The notes beneath the pieces are model-generated. The model was not told where the DNA came from. It searched no databases and saw only the letters and a program-made list of their open reading frames with translations. Positions 1 to 11,584 of a DNA stretch of 64,000 nucleotides are shown piece by piece. The DNA comes from Octopus sinensis (Eukaryota), in the NCBI RefSeq assembly GCF_006345805.1, contig NC_043005.1, positions 9,176,001 to 9,240,000 of the forward strand, read 5' to 3'. A program made the position numbers and the translations under genes. Every line of letters starts with the position of its first letter. The stretch's first letter is position 1.

Positions 1-52
1 ATTATTATTATTATTATTATTATTATCATTATTATTATTATTATTATTATTA

Positions 53-126
<74 letters not shown>

Positions 127-156
127 TATTATTTTATTATTATTATTATTTTTATA
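1..156. repeat. (ATT)n microsatellite; tail/target of the adjacent Dong/R4 element
   Basis: Near-pure ATT repeat abutting the 3' end of a minus-strand R4/Dong fragment. Confidence 0.95.
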
Positions 157-775
157 ACGTGATTTCACTGCACTACCGAGTGCAGCTCTGTGCGCCTTGG
201 GTATGTGATGTGGTTTGCTGTGATGCTCTTATGTTTTACGTAGGATGTGTGAGGTGCCTAGTAGTGCTATTTTCTGTGTTACATATATTTGTTAGTCCTG
301 GTGTTTTTGTTATGTATTTGTCTGAAAATTTTTTTCATACCTAATGCGCTCACTATGATAGGAATTGTTTCTGCTTTTATAGTCCATAATCAAGTTACCT
401 CTATTTCCAGGTCCTTGTATTTTGAAAATTTCTTTGCAGAAACGCTGTCATCTGTTGGTATTGATGCATCAATTAGAAAGCATTTTTTTTTTCATGATCT
501 CTGACGACTATGTCTGGCCTATTGGCCTTAATTTCTCTACCTGTGTGTATTGGCATATCTCATAGTATTGTTGCTTTCTCATTTTCCACGACTTTTTCTG
601 GCGTGTGTCTATACAATCTTTTTTCTGTTGCTATTCCATAGTGTTGTTATAGATTCCAGTGTATGTAGGTTTAGGTCCCATCTCCGTAGTGTCTGTGAAT
701 ATATTCCTTCTTAGCCAGGGTTGGGCAGCCAGAGACAATATGATTTATTCGACAATCAATTAATGATATTCTTTG
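157..775 (-). mobile_element. 5'-truncated R4/Dong-clade non-LTR retrotransposon (zinc finger remnant, RLE endonuclease, 3' UTR), degenerate
   Basis: Minus strand translates, with stops and frameshifts, to HIVSGCPTLAKKEYIHRH ... ANRPDIVVRDHEKKCFLIDASIPTDDSVSAK ... KYKDLEIE ... ETIPIIVSALG, a PD-(D/E)xK RLE domain. The 3' UTR closely matches 47010-47100 and ends in (TAA)n. Confidence 0.88.
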
Positions 776-1221
776 GTGATTGTGTTAGCGGCGGTGATGC
801 TAGTCCGGTGATAGTTGCTGGAACCTATTTATCGACGTGGTGGTCAAGACGATCGTAAAGAGAGTATATGTATCACAGAGGTGCTTCTGTTTGCGATGTT
901 GTTGTTAGTGGTTATTAGTGATGGTGGTGATAGTTGTGTTGGCTTAGGTCATAGCAGAGGCTACCTTCGTGCAGGAGCTGGTGATGGTGTCGGAGGTTGT
1001 GGTGGAGGCAGCGGCGCTGTTTTGCTGAAGCTGATAACAGCCATGATGCTGACGTTGTGGAAGTATTTGTGGCGGTGGTGGTAGAAGCTGTAGGGGAGCT
1101 GTTGTGTGTTTTGGGTGGAGGAGGAGACCAGAGATGGGGATTGTGCTGTTGACGACAGTGCCGTCGTGGTATTGGTAATGGTGACAGCAAGAAACTTGAC
1201 ATTCAATGGCGTTAGAATGCC

Positions 1222-1421
1222 AATGACTGTATTTTTGAATACACTAGATGCTATTTTCGAGTCACAGTTCCGATCACAGTATTTTGTAAGAGAGCAGAGG
1301 CTATGGTGGTGTTGCAGTGCGGATCACGGTATTTTCGAAGACACTAGATACTATGGTAGGGTTGCAGTTCCGATCACGGTGTTTTTGAAGATAGTAGAAG
1401 CTATGATAGTCTCGCAGTAGA
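1222..1421. repeat. 50-bp minisatellite, about 4 diverged copies
   Basis: gatcac(a/g)gt recurs at 1272, 1322 and 1372; unit similar to gatcacggtattttcgaagacactagatactatggtagggttgcagttcc. Confidence 0.85.
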
Positions 1422-1670
1422 CATAAGGACGGCGATGGGTAAGTGGCGCTAGTAAAAGTAGATTTCTATTTCGTTTTATTATTTGCAAGAAACAAACATT
1501 CAGTTTATGTCCAACTCTCATGTAGGACATCCTACAAATCCGCAGATCCAAACTATTCTTCTTATGATCCGTCATGTTGTTGCAATTATTTTAAATATTA
1601 GTAATGCAGTTTATCGTGTCGTTATTGAGTTTGTTCCTAATGTCATTGTTATTGTAACTGTCACTATTGT

Positions 1671-2081
1671 TACTCTTTTACTCTTTTACTTGTTTCAGTC
1701 ATTGACTGTGGCCATGCTGGAGCACCGCCTTTAGTCAAGCAAATCGACCCCGGGACTTATTCTTTGTAAGCCCAGTACTTATTCTATCGGTCTCTTTTGC
1801 CGAACCGCTAGTTGTCGGGGACGTAAACACACCAGCATCGGTTGTCAAGCAATGCTAGGGGGACAAACACAGACACACAAACATATACACACACACTTAT
1901 ATATATATACATATATACGACGGGCTTCTTTCAGTTTCCCTCTACCAAATCCACTCACAAGGCATTGGTCGGCCCGGGGCTATAGCAGAAGACACTTGCC
2001 CAAGATGTCACGCAGTGGGACTGAACCCGGAACCATGTAGTTGGTTAGCAAGCTACTTACCACACAGTCACTCCTGCGCCT
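1671..2081 (-). mobile_element. tRNA-derived SINE family A (CORE-like domain, internal microsatellite, TAAAAGAG tail), full length
   Basis: Reverse complement of copies at 19523 and 61155; A-box-like tggctgtgtgg and B-box-like ggttcagtccc; tandem taaaagag 3' end. Confidence 0.9.
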
Positions 2082-2252
2082 GTTGTAGAATTTTATTTTT
2101 ATTTTTGTAATTATTAGCAATAGAGCTCCTAGTTAGATTGTTGTTGTTGTTGTTGTTGTTGATGTAACTATTGTTGTTACTGATCACGGGACACTCACTT
2201 TAGTTCGCAGTAGCACACATCCACTTAACTCTTGCAGCAACACGAGTTGTTA

Positions 2253-2285
<33 letters not shown>

Positions 2286-2538
2286 GTCACGGTTGCCAGT
2301 GCTACAACTGTTGATAATGTGGATGATGATATTGTTAGAAATGCTATTGATAGGTGTGGGAGTGGCTGTGTGGTAAGTAGCTTTCTTACCAACCACATGG
2401 TTCCAGGTTCAGTCCCACTGCGAGGCGCCTTGGACAAGTGTCTTCTACTGTAGCCTTGGGCCGACCAAAGCTTTGTGAGAGGATTTTGTTGGCGGAAACT
2501 GAAAGAAACCCGTCGTATATATGTATATATATATATAC

Positions 2539-2730
2539 TTTATTTAAAGCAGCAAGAAATTCAACAAAACCTGTTACTCTGAGTTTCCCGTTGCCGTTCA
2601 TCGGACAGTTTTTGCTAGTAACAGGTTTTGTTGAATTTTCTGCTGCTTTAAATAAAACATATTACTCTACCACTGGCATTTGAGTACTCTTTTTTCCACC
2701 TTGTTTCACATTTATGTGTTTACTCCGGTA
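2539..2730. mobile_element. Penelope-type terminal repeat fragment with a 40-bp inverted repeat
   Basis: Arms 2539-2578 and 2617-2656 are near-perfect reverse complements; flanked by (TA)n; hammerhead-like motif on the minus strand. Confidence 0.6.
2571..2608 (-). ncRNA. Minimal type I hammerhead-like motif with U4C core
   Basis: Minus strand reads ctgt-CCGATGA-a-cg(gcaa)cg-g-GAAAC-tcaga-GT-A-acag; stem I ctgt/acag; near-palindromic stem III actc-a-gagt. Confidence 0.5.
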
Positions 2731-2732
2731 TA

Positions 2733-2777
<45 letters not shown>

Positions 2778-2780
<3 letters not shown>

Positions 2781-2943
2781 CCTTCTTGGGATCTTTCCTT
2801 CTCCTTGTTTCCGACGAAAAGCTCCGCTCGAAACGTTAAACCCTCCTTCTTCCCTTCTTTCCTGAGCGTCCGATAATACTTTATTTGTTCCACGTCCTCG
2901 CGTTGCTGTGTTTTTTTTTGTATTTTCTTGTTTGGATTAACTT

Positions 2944-2945
<2 letters not shown>
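2778..2945 (+). mobile_element. Penelope-type terminal repeat fragment in (TA)n
   Basis: Short non-microsatellite segment between TA runs carrying a hammerhead-like motif. Confidence 0.55.
2807..2841 (+). ncRNA. Minimal type I hammerhead-like motif with U4C core
   Basis: gttt-CCGACGA-a-aagc(tcc)gctc-GAAAC-GT-T-aaac; stem I gttt/aaac; ACGT palindrome as stem III. Confidence 0.55.
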
Positions 2946-2997
<52 letters not shown>

Positions 2998-3359
2998 TTT
3001 GTTCCCAACATTGCTTGACAACCGATGCTGGTGTGTTTACGTCCCCGTAACCTAGCGGTTCGGCAAAACAGACCGATAGAATAATTACTAGGCTTACAAA
3101 GAATAAGTCTTAGGGTCGATTTGCTTGACAACCGATGCTGGTGTGTTTACGTCCCCGAAACTTAGCAGTTCAGCAAAAGAAATCCGATAGAATAAGTACT
3201 AGGCTTCCAAAGAATAAGTCCTGGGGGTCGATTTGCTCGACTGAAGGCGGTGCTTTAGCATGGCCGCAGTCAAATGACTGAAACAAGTAAAAGATCTATC
3301 TTTGTTGGTTTCAAAGACAGTGGGGGTCGGGTAATGGAATTAAATCGGTCATCGTTGCA

Positions 3360-4560
3360 ATGACAATGGCGACGTTTGTTGCGATGAAGATAACGCTGAT
3401 GAATATCACCAACGTCATCAAGCATCATTATCACCATCGACATCATCACAATAATCATTGTCATCGTCATCTTGGATATCATCAGCATCGCCATTGTTAT
3501 CATTATCATATCAGTCACCGTTATAGTCGTCGTCCCCATCTTCATGTTGATGCTGGTAATGGCTGCAATGGTGTTAAAGATGATGATGATGAGGAGGAGG
3601 CGGAGGAGGAGGAGGTGGAGGTGGAGAATAAAGATGAAGATGATGATGATGAACATGACGACGACGACGACGATGATGATGATGACGAAGTTGATGATGG
3701 TGATGATGATGACGACGACGACGATGACAATGATGATGATGAAAGCGATGACAATGTCTTTGATGATGATGATGATGACGCCGACGATGACAATGATGCT
3801 GACGACGATGACCACGATGATCATGATGACTATGTGATGATGTAGATGAAGATGATGACGACGACGTCGACAATGATGATGATGACGATGATGATGGTGA
3901 TTATGATGATGACCGTGATGATGCAGATGAAGAAGATGATGATGATGATGAAAGTGATGACAATGTCTTTGATAACGAGGATGATGACGCCGACGATGAC
4001 AATGATGCTGACGACGATGACCACGATGATCATGATGACGATGATGATGATGACTATGTGATGATGTAGATGAAAATGATGACGACGATGTTGACGATGA
4101 TGATGATGAGGAAGATGATGATGATGCTGATCCGATGACGACGATGACAATGATGCTGACGACGACGACCACGATGATGACGATGATGATGATGATTATC
4201 ACGATGACAGTGATGATGTTGAGGAAGAAGATGATGACGACGACGACGACGATGACAATGATGATGATGGCAACGATGATGATTACGATGATGATTATGT
4301 GATGATGTAGATGAAAACGATGAAGACGACTACTACTACGACGATGATGTTGATAATGATAATGACGATAATGACGATAGTGGTGGCGGTGGGGATGATG
4401 ATGATCATCATCAATATTATTATCATTATTATTGCTTTTGTCATTATAGCTGATGAAGATGTTGGCTATTATGTCGATGCACTTAATAATGAGAGTGATA
4501 ACAATAAAGATGCTGCTGCTGCTGCCGCTGCTGCTGCAACTGTTGATACTGCAGTTCACT
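3360..4560. repeat. GAY/GAN trinucleotide low-complexity tract with higher-order ~224-241 bp periodicity
   Basis: tatgtgatgatgtagatgaa recurs at 3831, 4055 and 4296. Confidence 0.85.
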
Positions 4561-4687
4561 GCATCTCTTATCAGCGGACATTGCTTCTACTGCTGCACGA
4601 ATTAGCTGATAGTATTCTTGTTGATGTTGCCATGGTTACAATTGTTGTTATATTGTTGCCATTGTCTGTTGTTAACCTTGACCCTAA

Positions 4688-4688
4688 A

Positions 4689-4719
<31 letters not shown>

Positions 4720-5056
4720 GTTACTACTACTATTACTACTGCTACTGCTACTGCTGCTGCTACTACTACTACTACTACTGCTACTACTACTGATACTACT
4801 ACTACTACAATTGCTGCTGCTATTTCTGAAATGTAATACTGCTGCTGCTGCTACTACTACAACTCTTACCACCACGAACACCACCACCTTCACCACCACA
4901 TCAACTATCACTGCCACCACCAGAGGCACTTCTAACACCACCACCACCACCACCACCACCACCACCGCCACCGCCGCCGCCATCAGCACCACTACCGCCA
5001 TCACCACCAACACCATCACCACCACCACCACCACCACCACCACCACAACCACCACA

Positions 5057-5106
<50 letters not shown>

Positions 5107-5150
5107 AACTACTACAACAACTACTACTACTGCTACTATTGCTACTGCTA
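4688..5150. repeat. Compound (TAC)n/(CAC)n/(TGC)n microsatellite
   Basis: Direct inspection. Confidence 0.92.
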
Positions 5151-5877
5151 TGCAGTAAAGTTGTGATAGAGCAAGCATAAAATCCGAGGTGCTTCAGCCG
5201 TGACCATCGCATCTATTTAACTAATGCAGGATTAGAATATCCAATAGGTGCTTTCCTAAATTAGGGCGTTAAATTATAGATTGGGTAACTATTAACTGCT
5301 GTTTCTAGCAGAGCGTACTACCAGATAGATGTTTCATCGTTGATCCTGTGGCTGGCGGTGCGTATATTTAATAGACTGGGAGAAAGAAAGAGAATGTGAG
5401 AGGGAGAAGGAGGGAGAGATGGAGACAAAGTGAGAGAGAGAGCAAAGAGAATGAAATCAGGCAATGAGAGATTCAGAGGGAGAGAGAGAGAGTATTTGTA
5501 ATGTTTGAATGAGGGCAACCATCTGCAGATGCTCTTTTCCGCTTCCACTCCCTCAACACTCCGCTCTCTCTCCTCCCGCTGTCTCTCTCACTTCACCTTC
5601 CATAATACTCCTGGCTGCTCCTCTTCATATATTTGTCTCTGTCTCTCTCTCTCTTTTTCTTTCTCTCTCAAACACTCACTCTCTGTCTCTGTTACTCTGT
5701 CTCTCTCCGCATACAGGCTCACGACCATCGCATATTCACTTCTCCATCCATGTGTCTATGCATGGATCTTACATACTGGTAATCACACACACACACATAC
5801 ACACACACACAGACGTACGTACATACAAACATACATACATATATATGTATAAATATATATATATATATAATATATAT

Positions 5878-5921
<44 letters not shown>

Positions 5922-5978
5922 TTGGTGAATTGAAGAAATGGAGCTGAACGAAGATTGAACAGAAATCGTTTTATTTCA

Positions 5979-6058
5979 TTCTACACGTGTTTCGAAAGGC
6001 ACAATTTACCAAAATCCGATTGAATAATGAGACCATATTGTGTCTTTCTCTTCAGGAA
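5979..6058 (-). ncRNA. Type I hammerhead ribozyme motif (canonical core)
   Basis: ttc-CTGAAGA-gaaagacacaat...attgtgcctttc-GAAAC-acgt-GT-A-gaa; 12-bp stem II with one mismatch. Confidence 0.7.
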
Positions 6059-6318
6059 GAAATAGGAAATCCGTTGGAAAAAACAAAAACAAAACAGAGG
6101 CGGAGCAATACAAATCGAACTTTATTTTCGGTCACAAAGAACATCTACACACCCTCACCCATAGGAATGACCGCTGCCTGATCCGTCAAAATCTTCAACC
6201 ACCGGTTCTCAACATACACTGATAAACAGTTTTGCCATGGGCTCTTAGGAGCCTAGTTCGATTTGTTTTGCTCCGCCTCTGTTCTGTTTTTGTTTTTTTC
6301 CAACGGATTTCCTATTTC

Positions 6319-6398
6319 TTCCTGAAGAGAAAGACACAATATGGTCTCCTTATTGAATCGGAATTTGGTAAATTGTGCCGTTCGAAACACGTGTAGAA
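6319..6398 (+). ncRNA. Type I hammerhead ribozyme motif (canonical core)
   Basis: CTGAAGA at 6322-6328, GAAAC at 6384-6388, palindromic ACACGTGT stem III, GUA triplet ending at 6395, stem I ttc/gaa. Confidence 0.7.
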
Positions 6399-7111
6399 TG
6401 CAATAAAACGATTTCTGTTCAATCTTCGTTCAGCTCATTTCTTCAATTCACCAATAATATTTTAATTTCAATTATCCGCACCAACGCACGGTTGCAACAA
6501 CCATATGGTTGTACCTCCAACCGTGCTCTTGCTGTCTTCTGCTGTGATTTTTGCTACCAAGTTATCGGTTAAACTTTTGATTAATCTGCTACAAGATTAT
6601 TCATCTTTCTATTTCACATTATATATATATATATATAATATATATAATATATATATATATATATTATATATATATATGGGTGTAGGTGTGTGTGCGTGTA
6701 TGTAATATGTATGTAGCATATATTTATGCATACACACTCACACACATACACACAACAGGATTCCATATAGTTTCCACCTACGAAAATCATTCGTAGAAGA
6801 CATCCGACCAAATGTAGCACGTTAAGTCTGAGCTCGAAACCGCGTTGTTACATTTCGAGCCTCTTAGCTACACATGCAACACGCAGACACAGATATTTTC
6901 TTTTTCCTGGAGGCCTTCTGGCAAATTCTCGCTTATGATCCTTGTTACACGACGAAAACAATAAAGTTTAGGGTAATAGTCTAATGCTTTGGGGATACAT
7001 TAAAAAGTGATGGTACAAGAAAGTTGGTTCTGATTGACGGTAATTAGAATAGTGCCAAATACATCCAGTTGCTAGAGGACAATTTGGCGCCAGACTGGTG
7101 TTCGTGTGGTA

Positions 7112-7334
7112 TACTCTTTTACTCTTTTACTTTTTTCAGTCATTTGACTGCGGCCATGCTGGAGCACCACCTTTAGTTGAGCAAATCGACCCCGGGACTT
7201 ATTCTTTGTAAGCCCAGTACTTATTCTATCGGTCACTTTTGCCGAACCGCTAAGTGACGGGGACGTAAACACACCAGCATCGGTTGTCAAAAAATGCAAG
7301 GGGGACAAACAGACACACACAAACACACGCACAT

Positions 7335-7368
<34 letters not shown>

Positions 7369-7564
7369 GCTAGTGGGACAAACACAGACACACACATACA
7401 TACATATACATATATACGACAGGCTTCTTTCAATTTCCGTCTACCAAATCCACTCACAAGGCATTGGTCGGCCCGGGGCTATAGCAGAAGACACTTGCCC
7501 AAGATGCCACGCAGTGGGACTGAACTCAGAACCATGTGGTTGGTTAGCAAGCTACTTACCACAC
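7112..7564 (-). mobile_element. SINE family A, missing the extreme 5' end
   Basis: Homology to other family A copies. Confidence 0.88.
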
Positions 7565-7579
7565 ATGTCTTCATTATGT

Positions 7580-7755
7580 TTGCACTGACGAATAGAACGT
7601 ATACTTTGTAGACTAACTATGAAATCATGATTTGCAGCAGAATCTCATTTTAAGAGTTCATTTCAAGAGTTGCATTCCCTAGCGTTCGGTGAACTGAATT
7701 TATTATGGCCGTTTTGACTGTAAGAGTCCTTCATAGCGTGTAGTAATGCCCTTAA
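7580..7755. mobile_element. Fragment of the foldback family seen at 58671-59116
   Basis: tgcactgacga...tatgaaatcatg...gagttgcatt...taagagtcc...tagcgtgtag resembles 58913-59090. Confidence 0.6.
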
Positions 7756-7779
7756 TATATATATATATACATACGTACA

Positions 7780-8916
7780 TATAAATTTATAAATAAAGAT
7801 AATATCGATATTTAAATATCGATATTATCAAGTGGCCAGCATGGGAATAAATACCATACAAAGGTAATAATTTTTTACAACTAAAAATAAGGCTGTCTGA
7901 GAGACACCACCATGCTGAAATAACAGTCAAATCCCTGACTCTAAAAAACACCTTAAAAGTTCATATCGCACCATGAGATAAGACAGAGGGACAAAATAGA
8001 CTAGCAAAGAGATATTACTGAATAATTCAACATCCTGGATTTCTAGCTTTGCCTCAAATAAGCTCTGCCTCCATCAGTTGAATATATCAGATGGGCACAC
8101 AATTACAAATATATATATATACAGAACAAACGTTATACTTACATATACGAACTTCCATACATACATATATATGCACGTATGTACAATGCCAGTTCAAATT
8201 GCCCGCCAACCACCTCATAAACACGATATGGTCAAAATAAACACTGCAGTGAATATAGTGACGAATTATATAAATTTATAAATAAGGATAATATCGATAT
8301 TTAAATATCTATATTATCAAGTGGCCAGCATGGGAATAAATACCATACAAAAGTAATAATTTTTTACAACTAAAAATAGGGATGTCTGAGAAACACCACC
8401 ATGCCGAAATAGCAGTCAAATCCCTTAGTTGTAAAAAATTATTACGTTTGTATGGTATTTATTCCCATGCTGACCACTTGATAATATCGATATTTAAATA
8501 TCGATATTATCCTTATTTATAAATTTGTATAATTCCACACTATATTCACTGCGGTGTTTATTTTGACCATATCGTGCTTATGGGTGGTTGACGGGCAATT
8601 TGTACCGGCCTTGTACATACGTGCATATATATGTATGTATGGACGTTCGTATATGTAAGTATAACGTTTGTTCTTTATAATATATATTTGTTTATGTGCC
8701 CATCTGATATATTCAACTGATGAAAAGCAAGCTTATTTGAGGCAAAGCTAGAAATCCAGGATGTTGAATTATTCAGTAATATCTTTTTGCTTGTCTATTC
8801 TGTCCCTCTGTCATATCTCCATGGTCGATATGAACATTTAAGGTGGTTTTTAGAGTCAGGGATTTGACTGGTTTTCGGCATGGTGGTGTCTCTCAGACAC
8901 CTTATTTTTAGTTGTA
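7780..8916. mobile_element. ~490-bp repeat unit in partial-tandem plus inverted arrangement (Penelope pLTR-like)
   Basis: 7780-7935 is repeated at about 8268-8425; 8426-8916 is the reverse complement of 7876-8372; homologous to 34295-35090 and 49985-50135. Confidence 0.75.
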
Positions 8917-8928
8917 CGTACATATATT

Positions 8929-8965
<37 letters not shown>

Positions 8966-10040
8966 GTGTTAATATATATGTGTGTGTGGTTGGCATGTAT
9001 GTATATGTGTGTGTGTGCGTGTACATATGCGTATATGTTTGTGTCGTCTGTGTTTGTCCTCCCACCTTGTGAATTTTTATATTCGCAATTACTACGTAAC
9101 TTATTTTGTTCCTTTGTTATATAAAAAATACTACAATTAGCTACGGGGCCTGCTAATATATATTACTAAGGAGAAAGCTGCTTATTAAATAAGTATATAA
9201 CAATTCCTAAAAGTACTAAAAGACAGCAATTATTAAAGGCTTGGCCTACTGCAATTTCTTATGAAATTCATGTTCCAAGAAATTTCCGAAAATTTCGAAT
9301 CCTGAACTTTTTCACAAATTTAAGTATTCGTTGCATTTACTGTGGAATATTCCATTTTCATTTGCAAAGTCCCTTACTCTTTCTTTCCAATATTTACATT
9401 TCAAGTTTTAATTCAATATTTGGAAAACTGACAGTTTATTTTATTAATGTATACGTAATGTAAAAACATTATCTACTGAATGAAAATTGTTTAATATACC
9501 AGTATATCTATACCAGTATGTATGTATCTATCTAGGTAGGTAGGTACACATTTGGCGGTATTTATGAAATTCGATATTGGTACCGGTGATCTATGCTTTC
9601 CGTGCATTATTATATAATATATATTATATATATATATAATATATATATATATATATCAACTGTATTTTTCCGTGTATATAAGTATTATGCATATTTGTTT
9701 ACGTATGCATTTGTATTTGACTGCGTTCGAATATCGTTCTCTCTGAGTGACTTTACTGTGAAGGTTACTCTGTATTATCCATTGAAGTTCCAGTAAAATT
9801 AGCCTTGTGTGAGGACAACTGATGAAAGTCGTTTGTCGACAATGACTGTCATCAATACTGCTTTTGTCATCACTAACAATACATATACAAAGCAGGGAAG
9901 ATTGTAGGGAATGAGAAGACAAACATGAATCGAAGAGTGATTTGGGAAAGAGGAAAGGAAATTCAGAAAAATGAGAGCAAAATTAAAAACACATAGAGAA
10001 AATAAGAATATTAATGGAAAGTGGGAGAGAAAGAGTGAAT

Positions 10041-10104
<64 letters not shown>

Positions 10105-11584
10105 CAGAAAGAAAAAAAACAGACGGACAGATAGACAGGCAGATAGATGGACAGATGAAATGCTGAGAGGAGTTGAAAGAGAAAGTGAAACAAAAAGTAG
10201 GTAGTAAAGGGCAGATTTAGAGAGAAAGAGGAAAGAGAGAAAAATATGTTTATATACAGAAGAGGAAAGAAAATTGAATTGAGCTGAATAAACAAGATTA
10301 TACAGAGGGGAAAAATAGCGAAATGAAAGAGATTGGGGAGTGTGAGGTAAAATGTCGGGGATTCTCGTTTTGAAAGTAAAATCAGAAACTGATTGTGTTT
10401 TGTGTGGTGAAATTTATACACGTGTGTATATGTGTGTGTGTGTATGTATGTATATACACACAAACGCATTTATATATATACGAGTGTGTGTATGTGTGTG
10501 TGCGTGTATACACACAAACACATTTATATATATACAAGTGTGTGTATGTGTGTGTGTGTGTGCATGTATATACACACAAACACATTTACATATATACGTG
10601 TGTGTGTGTGTATGTGTGGTAGTGGGGGAGCTACGTGTGTAAGGAGAGAAAGGGAAATGACGGGAAAGATCAGAAGACGCAAGAGAGAGGAGGTTGAAAA
10701 GAAAGACAGGAAACGAGAGACAAAGATAGAGAGGGTGATGAAAAAATAAAATGGTGCGGCTGAGAGTGAGGAAGACACGTTTTGGAAGAGTGTGAGTGTG
10801 GATAAGGGATATAGGAAGTAAGAGAAAACGAAAGTGAAAGTAGAATGTGACAGGAATAACAGGAATAAGAGACATGAAAACAAGTGGCAAGAACAATGAC
10901 GGCGGTAACATTGTCAGGTTCAGCAACAGCAACAAATCTAGCAAAAACAATATTCACACTTGCTGCAATGAAAGCCAAAACGTCACAAAGAAACGTAGAA
11001 GCACGAAGAATTTGAGTAGACCTAGTTATAACAACAACAAAAACAACAAAAACAAGATCTGCAAGTATAATAACAACAGCTGTCGCTATTATTTATCACT
11101 GACTGCAGTATGAAGAGGAGGAGAGGCTGACCCAACAAAATAGTATTCAAAATTAGTCATAGTACCAGTATTAACAGCAAGAACAAGAACAAGGAGAACA
11201 ATACCGCAAATAGTAATCACAATAGGTGCTGCATATAGAATCAGCAACGTGTACAGCAATAGCGATCATAACAAAGAATATCTATAACACTATAACAACA
11301 ACACCGATAGGGATAATACTTAATAACATTAACCACAATGTATAATAACAATGGCCTGAGCGTCAGTTATGAAAACATGTAGAACTGTAAATTTACAGTA
11401 GATCCAAGCGTGACAAAACCCGAAACAACAAGCCATATCCAGAAAAATAGACAAAACACTGTCTCAACTAATGAACATAACAGCTAAAATGGAAATCTAG
11501 GTCACGGTGATAAGAAAAGCTAATGAAACTGTAAATATTTGAAACATTAATAACAGTTATAAACGTCAGTTCTTCACTGAAAAA

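Larger units (their letters stand above)
2352..3294 (+). mobile_element. SINE family A copy split by two Penelope-type termini, with an internal tandem duplication in its 3' half
   Basis: 5' half at 2352-2535 and 3' half at about 2995-3294; segment 3011-3120 is repeated at 3121-3240 via ttgct(t/c)gac microhomology. Confidence 0.85.
5915..6461. mobile_element. Foldback of two inverted Penelope-type terminal repeats (arms of about 205 bp)
   Basis: 5915-6120 is the reverse complement of about 6256-6461 with few mismatches; it follows a (TA)n run; each arm carries a hammerhead core. Confidence 0.8.

Noticed and set aside
915-1206. Pro/Thr-rich mucin-like ORFs
   Set aside because: Low-complexity GGT/GAT sequence with no splice or homology support
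3270-4559. 429-aa minus-strand ORF and overlapping His/Ile/Asp-rich ORFs
   Set aside because: Translations of a GAT/CAT triplet tract; open in several frames on both strands, with no domain content
4684-5212. Poly-Val/Thr/Ser/Gly ORFs
   Set aside because: Pure microsatellite translation
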